Below the pieces are notes generated by a model that ran no database searches, was not told the DNA's origin, and saw only the letters and a program-made list of their open reading frames with translations. The position numbers and the translations under genes were made by a program. A DNA stretch of 62,914 nucleotides, the filler included, from Chiloscyllium plagiosum (lineage: Eukaryota), in the NCBI RefSeq assembly GCF_004010195.1. It is 3 parts of one record of this genome, joined end to end, with 100 filler letters (N's around TTAATTAATTAA, not from the genome) between each part and the next. Parts side by side here need not be neighbours in the genome. Positions count along the whole stretch, not along the records: positions 23,375 to 50,104 come from NC_057712.1; 2 more parts are not named here. The stretch is one strand, 5' to 3'. Positions 24,778 through 37,372 of the stretch are shown here, one piece after another; within the stretch, counting starts at the first letter, position 1, and the number at the start of each line of letters is the position of its first letter.

Positions 24778-26423
24778 CTAACTTTACTAGTTAGTCTACC
24801 ATGCGGAACCTTGTCAACGGCTTTACTAAAGCAAAACAAACAACATCTGCTGCTCTGTCACCATAATCTTTTTGGTAACTTCCTTAAAAAACAAGTTTTT
24901 GAGACATGATTTTCCTCGCACAGACCCATGTTGACTATCCTTAAACAATTTTTGCCTCTAAATGTTCATAAATCCTATCTTTTGTATTGACCTATAACAA
25001 TTTACCAACAACTGAAGTCAAGACTCTCAGGTCTATAGTTCCCCAGTTTCTCCTTGCAACCTTTCTTAAACAAAGGTACAATATTAGCCACGCTCCAATA
25101 ATCAGGTACTTCGCCTGTAGTTATAGATGATGCAAATATTTCTGCAAGCAGTCTATAATTTCCTCTTTTACTTCCCACAATGATCTGGGATACATTAGAT
25201 CACATCCTGAAGATTTATGCACCTTTATGTTCTCTAAGACCTCCTCTATCTCCCATTACTCTTCTGTAATGTGAACTGTTTTTAAAACATCAAACTTTAT
25301 TTCTCTGCATTCTCTGGACTCCATTTCTTTGTCCACAGTGAAAACAGGCATGAAATATTCATTTAGTATCTATCAAATCTCCTGGGTGTTCTTATGTATT
25401 GGAAACTTGCAGCATTCTTCTTAGAAGATCTGTTCTTGGGTAAAGCTGTTATTACTAAGCATTTCCTCTTGAGCAGTACCACAGAGCTACTTTGCTGTGA
25501 CTTCTTAATTCATTTTAATCTTTGGGCTGTGACCTGTTTCTTTATCTTTACATTTGTTTATCCAAACTAAACTGGAAATATTATCATTAACTTTGTTTTA
25601 TTTTCAGCTTGCCTGCTTCACTCAATGCCACGTAGAACGATGTCTTTCTGTTTTCAAATTTTGTTTCAATCCTACTTACTCTTCCTGTAGTTAACTACTT
25701 TAAGTTGTTATTTTACTGTCCTCTGTTTTTGGAACTCATAACTGGCTGTATTTAAAAGTGTAATAACACTTATTTTTCCTGTAGATTAAATGTGCAGTTA
25801 TTGTCTAATTGAAAACTGTTTGTTCCTTAGGTAATGCTGGGAGCAAAAGTGAAAATAAGTCTGTTTTTCTTTATTCCAGGCCATAATTCCAAATACAGTT
25901 AACAAATTTGCAAAAAAAAGACAGCTATAATCTCCCTTCAAAAAGTGGAATATCAAGACATGTCCAACATAGAAGCTGCATCTAATGTAATGAAGGAATT
26001 TTGAATATGTAACTGATAGCTACAATTACAGTACAACTGAGAATTGTAAAAAAAAAATCAATAATTAGGACTTCATCTAAGACAAAACAATGAGGAAAGT
26101 ATTGTGCAGAATCTTTTGAAGTTCTATCTTTCTGAAAGCAGATAACTGCCATTGAATAGGGAGCATCAATAAATCTTTTTAGAGATGGAAAAACGGTAAG
26201 ATGATTTGTATTATCGCCTTTGAACAGCAAGAATCTGATTCTCTTCTAATTGTCTCTGGGAACCATATGTACTGTAACCATATGCCCTTGTACAAAAACA
26301 AGGCCTAATAACGTTGGACTGAGATTTTCGGAGAGATGTTGCATTTGTGTTAGTTTATTAGTTCAAATTTCTTCCTTAAACTCTACTCGTCAATACAGTC
26401 AGTTTCTTTTAGAGTATGTCATC

Positions 26424-26985
26424 ATGGCTAGATTTCGCAGAAGAATGTGGATCACATTGCTGCTTTTTCTTTTATTTGTTTTTGGTATCATGATGGGCTT
26501 GAAGACCCTAAGACCTGAAGGAGCTGGCTTTGGAGATGGCATAGGACTGGAATTATTGCCACAACTTCATCATCGAGCTGCTGTTGGTGAACGTAGAGCA
26601 GATCTTCCCAATATTGACAAGTCGTCAGAAAGTAGAACTCCTCCTCCTCCTCCTCCTCATCTCAAAACGAGTGAACATTTTGGTATGATGAAAAGAGCAC
26701 CCGTATCCGATACAAGTCTTGACCATTTTCCTCCAGTGAATTATGATTTACACGCATTTTATTATTCATGGTATGGAAATCAACAGTTTGATGGTAAATA
26801 CATCCACTGGAATCACCCATTGGTTCCCCACTGGGACCCTAAAATAGCAAGCAGTTATCCTAAAGGAAGGCATATTCCTCCAGAAGACATTGGTGCTAGT
26901 TTCTATCCTGAGTTAGGAGCTTATAGTTCGAGGGATCCTGCAATTATCAACGCGCACATGATACAACTCCGAGATGCTGCAATAG
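26424..26985 (+). CDS. MANEA: Glycoprotein endo-alpha-1,2-mannosidase (GH99, MANEA/MANEAL family), first coding exon
   Basis: ATG at 26424 in ATCATGG context. Translation MARFRRRMW + hydrophobic type II anchor + stem + DLHAFYYSWYGN..FDGKYIHWNH..PHWDPKIA..GRH.PPEDIGASFYPELGAYSSRDP..AAIG. Upstream acceptor-like tttcttttAG at 26411-26412; donor G|gtaac at 26986 (phase 1). MANEA vs MANEAL paralog not resolved. Confidence 0.93.
26640..26657 (+). repeat. (CCT)6 coding microsatellite, poly-Pro in the stem region
   Basis: Six in-frame CCT codons. Confidence 0.85.
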
Positions 26986-28289
26986 GTAACGTTATTATTT
27001 CATTAAAATTAGCTTTGTTGTGTGTAATCTAATATTTCTTTCTCTTTCCCTCCTTTTGTGCCTCTCCTGCCACAATGAATATATTTGAATAAATTCATTT
27101 CTATATGTAAGCAGTAAAGATTAAGATCTGTTATTATCAGCAGTGCAACCATAAATAATTGTAGAGTATTGATCCAAAACATTCATAAAAACAATCTGAG
27201 GGGCCAAACCATGAGAATAAAATTGCTAGTTGTACAGGTGGAAGATACTCCAAGTGTAAAAACTACCAAAGTTTACACTCTCACATAAAAATTGATCCAT
27301 TTAATTTAACATCCCCAACACTGGAAGGTCTGATAGTTATCCATTTTTGATGAAAGGTTATCAACCTAAAATATTAATTCTGTTTCTCTCTACCCAGATG
27401 TTGCTTAGCCTGCTGAGTGTTTTAGCACTTTTCACTTCAGATTTTATGTATTTTCAGTATTCAGCTTTTGCTTTTTATTATGCTCTGGTGAAGTGCCTTC
27501 GGCTGTTGCATTATAGTGTACCTGTAAATTTCAAGCAAAGACTTTCCATTTAATCATAGGAGAGGCATGATTAATACTAACAAACAGATTTTGACAGTGC
27601 TGACAGATACCAAGTGGCCTTTCTTTACGTCTGCATCAGAATGGTGGTGCTGCAATAGCTATATAGGTGTTAAGTTTTTAATGGGTCACTGGATAATGAC
27701 AACAGATAGGAACCCCCATCTACTTTTTCCTTCTTATAGCCCAGGACCATTGAGAACTTGATAAGCATGCTCAGTACAGATCGGGTATTATTAAACCCGA
27801 GTATGTTTGGCTTGAATGATTTTTTTTTTAAAACAAAGATTCTCCTTCCATTTTCCTGTTCCCTCTTCTTCTAATGTCCTTCTTAATCCATGAGTACTCA
27901 GCTGACAGTAGTATGCTAACTTTTGCCAGGCAAAGGTCATTTAATATACAGATTAGTGATTAAACCTGGCATCTTTCTGTTTGTGTGGTTTGGCAACTTT
28001 TTGGACAAATTTAGTGCAACACCCAGAATCATTATTTAGCCTAATAACTTGTGGAAACATGAAAACATAATAATGTTTGACCAATTGATTTCGCTGAGCA
28101 GTGAATCCTAAACCACCTGTGAATGAATTTGTTTTCTTGAGTCGGTCAAGTCTGCCGCAGTTCATTTTCTGGCATTGTTTTGAACACCAATCTGCTGACT
28201 GTAATGTTAATTAAAATGTTTTGTTCAGGAAAAGCTTAAATTACTCTGAATTAATCCATTAAACGAAAAGCAACACAAGAAAAACCAAG

Positions 28290-29775
28290 TTTCAAGAAAT
28301 GTGGTCCAGAGAAAACAGCCAATTACAAACCAGTGAGTCTCTCATCATTGGTAGAGAAGCTATTGGAGAAAGATCTGCAGGTGAGGCAGGGTTTCATCAG
28401 GGGAAGTCAGCATAGCTTTGTCAGAAGATAGTCATGTTTAATAAATTTGATTGAAGTTTTGAAGGAGGTGACCAAATGTATAGATGAGGGAAGTGCAGTG
28501 GATATAGTTTATCTGAATTTCTGCAAAACCTTTGATAAGATTCTACATGGAAAACTGATAGAGAAGGTAAAAGTACATGTGATCCAGGCTAACTTGGCAA
28601 GTTGGATCTACAATTGGCTTAGTGGTAGAAGCAGAGGGTGCAGGTAGAGATTTATTTGTGTGACTGAAAGCTGGAGTCCAGTGATGTACCACAAGAATCT
28701 GTGCTGGCTCCTTTATTGTTCATGATATATGTACAAACAATATTAGAGAATGGGACTGAGGGGAAAAGGGATGATACTTTTTGGGTGACATGAAGATTGG
28801 CCAGGTGATTGACAGAGGAAGAAAATCTTGGGTCACAAGAGGATATCGATGATTGGCCAGATGGGCAGATCATTGGCAAATAGAGTTTAATCCTGAGAGT
28901 GTGGGGTGTTGCAGTCGAGAGGAAGTAACAAGATGAGGGGAGTAACTTGTTCACAGATCTCTGAATAGGAAATAAGGAATCTCTGAAGCAGAACAAGTTA
29001 ATCGGGTGGTTATGGTATACAAAATCAGTTGTGTAATAGGTTATAAAAGTAGGGAGGTTATGTTGGAGCCATGCAAAACTTTGATTCAGCTGAAGAACTG
29101 TATGCAGTCTTAATTACTGTACTATAGGAAGGATATGTTTGCATTGCAAGGGCTCCAGAGGAAATTCACAGGATGTTGTCTGGGATGGAGCATTTTAACT
29201 ATGAGGAGAAACTGGGAAAGTTGTTTTCTTTAGAGCATAGAAGGCTGAAAGGGAACTTGATGAGGTACAGTCAGTCCCCGATTTGTAAATGCTCACTGTT
29301 ATGGGTGAGATCCCATAAATGAGATGTTAGTACTTATTTTAAAGATCCAACAAGTGAACATTTCCTCTGATGTACAAAAGGTTATTTTATATTGTCCTGT
29401 TTTGTGTTCCCACTTGCATACTAAATGACTTATGAGCATACTCAAGGACAGAACCTGTTCACTACCCAGGAACTGCCTGTATAAGATGTTTCTCTTTGTG
29501 CAAGGGTCAGTGACAAGGGGGTGTAATTTTAAGGCAGGAGGTTGAGGGAATTTAAGGAAAACGTTTTCACCCAGAAGGTATTGGGAATCTGGAGTCCTCA
29601 GTCATGGAGGATAGTTGAGGCAGAAAACTCTCAAGCTGTAAAAAGTACATGGATGAGCACTCGATGTAAAAATGTCCAAGGCTATGGTCCAAGTGCTGAA
29701 AAGTGGAAATAATGTAGATTTGGAATAGTTTTGTGATGTGCAAAAGGGCCTCTTCTGTACTCTACAATTCTATGA
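28290..29775 (+). mobile_element. Old CR1 LINE RT/3' remnant
   Basis: ORF AVDIVYLNFCKTFDKILHGKLI; downstream 3' motifs (ttcacccagaaggtattgggaatctgga). Confidence 0.78.
29268..29479. mobile_element. Tigger/pogo-like MITE inserted in CR1
   Basis: TA|CAGTCAGTCCCCG ... CAGGAACTGCCTG|TA. Removing it restores the LINE sequence gaggta-taagat. Confidence 0.65.
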
Positions 29776-30379
29776 TAGAAAGTTTAAATTTGAATTGGGA
29801 ACTTTTAATTTCATGTTTGCCATCAGCCTCAGTACGATGGATTGTTCCATATGTGATGGATTCTTGAGTATCAAGATCTATGAAATTATTCAATGTTAGT
29901 GACAATCTTGAATGAAAAAATACCCAATTTTCTCATTTATGAACATACTGTAAAGTTCAAGATTGGTAATGTCAGCAAAACTAATCAAATTCTTGATTTG
30001 TTTCAAAGAGACCTAATTTGAAATAATTTTATTTCTATGTTCGAAGAAACAGATCCAGTGCAGAACATTCAGAGCAAGATAACCAAGTTCTATAGTGAAC
30101 TTGGAGGGCTGAACTTCTTTCTGTTCAAGAAAAAGTGGTTGAGCAAACAGATTTCAGACTTGGATATTTTAAAAGATAAGACATAGTTAATGTAAAGATC
30201 CGGAATTGCTTGATTGTATTTAATGGAATAACTTAAATGTATATCTATTGAATCTAGTGGATTGAGCCGTATATGCTATCATTTATTATGTACTAACGTC
30301 ACGGAATGTGTTTGGCAATGTTCCTATTGTAACTATTGGGACTATGCTGTTAAAACATATCTATTCGCTGTAACTGCAG

Positions 30380-30489
30380 GTGTGTTAGCCTTGTCCTGGT
30401 ATCCACCTGGCTTGTCTGATGAGAATGGTGAACCCACAGAAGATCTAGTACCAGTCATATTGGAAGCTGCAGATAAATATCAATTAAAG
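30380..30489 (+). CDS. MANEA: Endo-alpha-1,2-mannosidase, second coding exon (110 nt)
   Basis: ctgcAG|G ... AAG|gtact. Translates (G)VLALSWYPPGLSDENGEPTEDLVPVILEAADKYQLK; 562+110=672 nt keeps the frame. Confidence 0.93.
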
Positions 30490-31466
30490 GTACTTTTAAA
30501 ATGTGTTTTTTCAAGTAAAATTTCTAATAGGAGTAAACTACTTTTACTGAACTTTCTGGATCCATAGTCATGCAAAGGTAACAAGCTGAAGTGAAGGTTC
30601 AGGATGATGTAACCTAGTGTTCAGCTGTAGACACTACTTGCAGATAGAGGACTGGGTGAAAGTGTACCATTTATATCTGCATTAGTTGCATTTATTATCT
30701 CATACAAGATGTAAGCTGCAGTGCAAACAGCTACTGCCAACATTGTGTAAAGTCTTTTTGTTTAGTTGTTAATAAAGGGCCACAGACATGAAAAATTACA
30801 ATTGTAGCAAATTCAGTTGAAAACTATGCAAGCTATTCTTCCCTTGAGATGAATCCTGAATGGTATATCAATGCAAAATTTGTGTTTTCTAGAGCAGTAA
30901 TCCCTATGGATTCGTTGACTGATCCTGTCATTGTGATTGGTAGTTGTTGTGTGTCTTGACCTATTCTGCTTCATATCATTGTATTTAAGAGGAAAGGAAT
31001 CTTTATCTTGAATCTCTGAACGGTGATATAGCACTGCATATCTCTGTGTATGTGCTTGTTGCTGTCCCTGGTGGCAATGTTCACAGTAAACACAGCCTTT
31101 ACTCTATATAAGGTATTTGTTGCTCGCAGCATCATAACAAACTTAAGTAGTTTCCAAGCAGTCAAACTTTTCTGCAATAAAATACATGTTTCTAGTTTTC
31201 TGATAGAGTTAAAATGATTACATATCCAGCAAAAACTTGCACTTGTGATCAGTAAGCAGTTTAGAGGCATGTAGAAAATAGTTGCAGAAGGAAAAGGACT
31301 AGGAAAAATAGTTTCTTGGACACTGAAAGTGATTGAGTGTAAAAGAGAAACTTCTGTGCTTTTTCTCACTTGGATATTTAACAGTGGACCTAACAAGTGC
31401 AATTCCATGAAGTAATTCAATGGGCAGGGGTTATTGGGGGAGAGTGGTTAGTTTTTTTTGATGGTA

Positions 31467-31685
31467 CGGTCGGTTCTGCTATAGCGCGTGTTTCTTCAGT
31501 GCAAATTGGCTTTAATGAGATTGAAGAATTTAGACCGTTATTTGTAGAATGCATACTTTCCTTACCTGTACTGGCTGTAATGAAATTCCTGCCCCATTAG
31601 TATACATGGTGTGGCTAATGCACAATTTTTTTATCAAGTGAGATTGCATTAGAGTGGAACTATTGCATTATATCAGAACTGACTG
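31467..31685. mobile_element. Tigger/pogo-like MITE
   Basis: TA TSD; TIR cggtcggttctgctatagcgc vs reverse complement of the right end cagtcagttctgatataatgc. Confidence 0.72.
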
Positions 31686-32832
31686 TAGTTGAAAAGGTGA
31701 GGAGTCTTAAAGCATCATAGCAATTAACATGTTGTGACTTTAGTTGCTGTTTAAGGATATAGGGTTGTAGGTGAAGAGGTTGGTGGGGATTATGTGAAAA
31801 TCAGATTGGAGGAATGCAAACAGGAGAATAGGAAAGATTAAGCCTCAGAACTGGGAATATTTTAGATTAAAGGACATTGGGCTGGAAAGGGACATTGTAT
31901 TGGTAATTATTTGGACAACTTAATTTTTGTTTAAAGTTCTCCTTTTGCTGCTCTTTGCCCATGGATCTGCACAATTGAATTTCAAATATATATTCACTTC
32001 ATTTTTGAAAGTTACTATTGAATCTGTGTCTACACTAAGTTGTAATAACTAGCTGTGGTAGAATCAGGAAAGAATCTCATTCTGAATCCAGGTAGTCTAA
32101 CTATGTCAGTTAAATGGGGTTAACTTGGTTCATATTTAAGAGATGGATTTAATTTCATTATCAATCCAAACTAGCCCAGCAGAACGCATTGCTAAGAAAA
32201 AACAGTTAATTTTCTTCTTTTTACATTGAAAGTACTTCAATTATTGGTAGCCATCCAGGTTTTTAATCCAGCACCTATTTTCTTATGAATGCAATTTTAT
32301 AGTTCCTGTAAACAGACTATATTTCTTCAGAGCTAAAGCCTTGTTGTGTTGCTATCTGTATATCTGCAGAGAGCAAAATACTTAGGCAAAATTCAGTACA
32401 AAACAACCATCAATTTATAAGTGATTGTTAGGTAATGTTTTTCATTTATTTTCATCTATTTTTGATAAGATATCTTCTGTTTTAATTGTGTATAATCATG
32501 GTGAATGGAAACAACTGTATCTTACTATTAGTAATATTTCTGGTCAATAATAAATTATGTTCCCTTGAGTGGACTTGGGAAATCTCAGTTGCTATTGTAT
32601 TTCCTTTATGTATTGTGTTAATTGGTGAAGTGTGAACATCACCGGTTGGGCCAGTATTTATTGCTAATCCCTAATTGCACTTGAGAATGTGGTGGTATGC
32701 TGCCTTCTCGAACTATAGAATGCCAGGATTTTAATAGAATGAATGGTTGAAATACCAGCTGGAATGAATTGTTTATTATTTTCAAAGCAGCAGCCGCCTC
32801 TCTCTCTGTGTAAAAGGTACAAAGATACTACC

Positions 32833-33785
32833 TCCTCCCATCCTGCCCCCAGTAAAAACGCCATCCCATTCTCCCAATTCCTTCGACTCCGACTTCCTCC
32901 CATCCTGCCCCCTGTAAAAATGCCATCCCATATTCCCAATTCCTTTGTCTCTGCCACATCTGGTCCCAGGAGGACCAGTTCCAATACAGTACAACCAAAT
33001 GGCCTCCTGCCTCAAAGACTGCAATTTCCTCCCAGACGTGATCGACGATGCCCTCCACCACATCTCCTCCACTTCCCGATCCTCCGCCCTTGAACCCCGC
33101 CCCTCCAGGACAGAACCCCACTGGTCCTCACCTACCACTCCACTAACCTCCATGTACAGCGCATCATCCGCCGCCATTTCCGCCACCTCCAAACGGACCC
33201 CACCACCAAGGATATATTTCCCTCCACTCCCCTATCAGCATTCCGTAAAGACCACTCCCTNNNNNNNNNNNNNNNNNNNNNNNNNNNNNNNNNNNNNNNN
33301 NNNNNNNNNNNNNNNNNNNNNNNAGGTCTTTGGACTCTTCCATCGTCAGACCACAGCGAAACGATGGTTGGAGGAAGAACGCCTCATCTTCCGGTTAGGA
33401 ACCCTCCAACCACAAGGGATGAACTCGGGTTTCACCAGTTTCCTCATTTCCCCTCCCCCCCGCCTGTCTCAGTCAAATCCATCAAATTCAGCACCGCCTT
33501 CCTAACCTGCAATCTTCTTCCCGACCTCTCCGCCCCCACCCCAGTCTGACCTATCACCCTCACCTTGACCTCTTTCCACCTATCACATTTCCGACACCCT
33601 TCCCCCAAGTCCCTCCTCCCTATCTTTTATCTTAGCCTGCTGGACCAACTTTCCTCATTCCTGAAGAAGGGCTAATGCCCGAAACGTCGATTCTCCTGTT
33701 CCCTAGATGCTGCCTGACCTGCTGCGCTTTTCCAGCAACACATTTCCATCTCTGATCTCCAGCATCTGCAGACCTCACTTTCTCC
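32833..33785 (+). mobile_element. Penelope-like element (family B): RT C-terminus, gap, GIY-YIG end, 3' UTR
   Basis: SSHPAPSKNAIPFSQFLRLR; EEERLIFRLGTLQPQGMN; perfect 14-bp TSD acaaagatactacc (32819-32832, 33786-33799); N gap 33261-33323. Confidence 0.9.
33657..33692 (+). ncRNA. Minimal type I hammerhead ribozyme motif
   Basis: attc-CTGAAGA-a-GGGC(taat)GCCC-GAAA-CG-TC-gatt. Confidence 0.68.
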
Positions 33786-33869
33786 ACAAAGATACTACCA
33801 ACAATTTGTCAGGAATTGTTACCCTTGTGCTAATTTTTGGAGGTATGCATATTACTTTTATAAGACTAA

Positions 33870-35252
33870 GTTAAAAGTCACGCAACACCAGGTTTAATTG
33901 GAAGCACTAGCTTTCGGAGCGCTGCTCCTTCAGATGGTTGTGGAGTATAAGATCATAAGACACAGAATTTACAGCAAAACCTTACAGTGTTGTAGCTGAA
34001 ATTATATTTTGAAAAAGACCTGGATTGTTTGTCAAGCCTCTTATCTTTTCAAATGAGTATGCTGGTTTCAATTCTTTCATATGGAAATTGTAGAACTTTT
34101 TTTAAAGTTACATTCTCAAGTGAACTTTAACAATTGGTGTCATGTCGGCCCAGATAATACATTGAAGATGTGAGGTTCCATGTATGAAACTGTCTGTGCC
34201 ACAATATTCAAGCTGATTCTAATCTAAACAACAGATTTACAGAATCTTACATGGATTCATGTAGTTTTTGAGTAAAAATAAAATATAATTCTGCAAGTAC
34301 AGGTTCACCCCACAAACTTGAGTGTGTGTGTGTGTGTGTACACGTGTATGAGTATAAAGGGGTATAAGTCTGTGGGAGGTTGCGTGTGGGTGTGAAAGTG
34401 TATTTATGAGCATAAGAGAGAGAGCTTGTGTATGAGGGAGGGTCTGTAGGTGTATGTGTGTGTGTCTGTAGGGGTGTGTGTGTGTGTGTGTGTGTAGTGC
34501 ACTGGGGATCACCTGTAGTGTGACATGGACCCAAGGTCCCAGTTGAGGCTATCCCCATGGGTCGCAAACTTGGCTATCAGCCTCTGCCTGGCCACTTTGC
34601 ATTGTTGCCTGTCCCAAAGTACTGTCCTTCAAGGCGGTACATCGGGACAGGCAACAATGCAAAGGGACCAGGCAGAGGCTGATAGCCAAGTTCGGTACCC
34701 ATGGGGATGGCCTCAACCTGAACCTTGGGTTCATGTCACACTACGGATGACCCCACTGCACTGCGCACACGCACACACAGACGCACACATGCAGACCCTC
34801 TCTCATACGCTCACACGCACCCTCTCACAGGCTTATACCCCTTTTCTCTCTCTCACGCACACACACACACTCTCACAGGCACTCACACAGGGCACCTCAC
34901 ACCTTAAATGCACTATCTGGGCTGACATGACACCAATTGTTAAAGTTCACTTGAGAATGTAACTTTAAAAATGTTCTACGATTTACATAAGAGAGAATTG
35001 AAACCAACATGGTCATTCGAAAAGATGATAGACTTAACAAACAATCCAGGTGGTTTTCAATATATAATTTCAGTTACATCACACTGTAAACTTGTGCTAT
35101 AAATTCTGTATCTTATGATCCTATACTCCACAACCACTTGGTGAAGGAGCAGCTCATTGAAGGCTAGTGCTTCCAAATAAACTTATTGGACTATAACCTG
35201 GTGTTGTGATTTTTAACTTTTGACACCCCAGCCCAACATCAGCATCTTCAAA
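33870..35252. mobile_element. Palindromic Penelope-like insertion (family A, two 3' ends joined head-to-head)
   Basis: Arms are mutual reverse complements around about 34630. The right arm encodes RLIAKFGTHGDGLNLNLGFMSHY; each arm has a (CA)-rich tract and a degenerate hammerhead. Confidence 0.85.
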
Positions 35253-37289
35253 TAATTTTTTAAGACAAACACTGTCTGATATTCTTGGATTGCAAATTCT
35301 AGCTATTTGGATGTAACAACATGTGGATATTAGAACTGATTCTGCTTGCTTCATTCTACCATTCCAACATTAGTTAAGCTTTGAAAACAGTTTATAAAGA
35401 AACTGCAACAGGTTCTTCAGTTATACATTTTTGGGACGGCTCTTGAGAAATCTAGTTTGAAAATGAAAGAAGAAACGCACATGCAACATGAGGTATTTTT
35501 ATTGTAATTATTTAAAGTTAAATGGCATATCAATGACTTTTGTTAGATATTAGTTCTGCAGTATTATTTTGAAATTATGGTTTGTCATTTAAACAAGTCA
35601 TTTCTCAATCAGTTGACTTTGAGAATAAAGGCTGGTATCTGGTTCCATCTAGTGTGAGATGGCAAAATAACATGGTAGTAAAATGAGCAGCTTGAAGCAA
35701 GCTAACTTTCTATAACATTTAATCAAGATTCAGTTCCTGGAGGATATACTAATTGTCGTTTTGAACCTATTTGAAAGCATAAAAAATAGATAATAAAACA
35801 ACATTGCAGGTAATTTGTTTTTAAATAAATAGGTTTTATTTACTGTTAAGATGTATTTAATCTATAAAGATTTCAGAGTTAAATTTGAACTAGATTATCA
35901 TGACTTTGGTTTTTCAATGTTTTTTAATACACAGTCAAATTTATTAACAAATCTTGTTCAATTATTGATATAACAAGTCCATTTTTGTTTTGTGCTTTGC
36001 TATTATTTGTTCACTGAAATCATATTCTTCAAAGTGTAAATAACTTGGTGTTATGTGTGCTGGAGCCTCTGAAGGTCAAAATGAAGCCAATGATCTCAGA
36101 CCATTTATAGACATGCCATTAACTGTAAATGTTTAGGATTTTAAAAAGGTTTACCCGCAAAGTTGCCTGAAGTATGAACCAATTATTGCATAGCAGGCCA
36201 TTAGCACATCTGAGAACCGTGGCTGTAATCTCCACTTTCAAGAAAAATGTGCCAGACAAGTTCAGTGTTGTGGCAGTATTAGGAAGACAGTACAGCATTA
36301 ATGAGCTGCACAAGAAATATTTTCAGAAGTGAAGAACACCTTCCTTACTCATGATACCAGCAAAGCCTTTTAATTTGAAGAAATTTATGTGGGAACTCGA
36401 CGCCGTTGATTCATTTGGGGATAATTGTGCCTTTCATGCTTTTATTAGAGGTAGATTCTCAGCCAAATTAAGGCCATTATTCCTTTGGGACCCAAACCTT
36501 TACCAACAAAGACAACAATGCTGTTCATATACTCTGCAGCATTTTGAACAGTGTTCAACGCTTGTCTTTTTGTGATATTTGTGGGTAGAAGGTTGCTGCT
36601 GTTCCTCTCGATATAGTTTTCTCAAAAGTAAAATTTTCCTTGGACTGATAAATGTAATAAAAAGAAATCCCAACAAAATTCTGTTTTTAATTAAATTTTG
36701 ATTTCCAAGCTCCATTGTTAGAGTTTTCCACTCGTCTGAAAATTTCATTCATGAAATTACCTGCAGACTCTCTTGGATTATGAATTGTTCCTTTAAAATT
36801 CTTAAAAGAGCAAAATTTATTTGTTGTCAGTCTAAAGAAATCATCAAAAACTTGCAGAACTTCAAAACACCATCAGCTCTAAGTCCTATTGAATACAGTA
36901 CTTTGTTTAGTTGTTTAGCTTGTAATTTAGTATTTCTATTTAAAGCACTTTTATATCTGTTTTCTCCAAGACCTCCAATGGATCTTTTCACTTACTAGCC
37001 AAGCGTGCCATAGGCCAGTTTCTCTCGATAAAACTCTCAAGTGCAGTGAGCAGGTCAAATCTCGGGTAATAAATTTGTACAGACCAATTGATGATTGAAA
37101 CAGGGGACAGATCGAGATCAAAGGGATTATGTTAACGATTCTAAATTTTTATTGTGGAACTTACTTGAAATATCTGAATATCGCAAATACATTTGGGGGA
37201 AGTTAGATTAATCTTATTGTGAAAAAAAGAAAGCTCAAGTTAATAGGGTTAAGTTTAGTGGAAAGGCAAGAGACTTATATGGAACATAA

Positions 37290-37372
37290 TAGATTGGGTT
37301 GGGATATCTGGTCGGCATGGACGGGTTGGACCAAAGTGTCTGTTTTCATGCTGTACATCTCTATGACTCTAT
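37290..37372 (+). mobile_element. HER1 LINE extreme 3' tail
   Basis: Near-identical to 6541-6622. Confidence 0.8.

Larger units (their letters stand above)
23375..25385 (-). mobile_element. CR1 LINE ORF2 remnant, interrupted by a Penelope insertion
   Basis: MTRMLQGMEGLRYKERLDRLGLFS; minus-strand [18 protein letters not shown] and PGNYRPESLTS-like motifs. Confidence 0.82.

Noticed and set aside
26250..26423. N-terminal extension of the 260-aa ORF
   Set aside because: Starts at TTG and crosses an acceptor-like site; family similarity begins at ATG 26424.
33900..33940. Functional hammerhead on the minus strand
   Set aside because: The core has lost three nucleotides (CUGA-AGGAG); the mirror copy at 35135-35170 is also mutated.
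34237..34962. His/Thr-rich ORFs
   Set aside because: Translations of (CA)n tracts and off-frame Penelope sequence.
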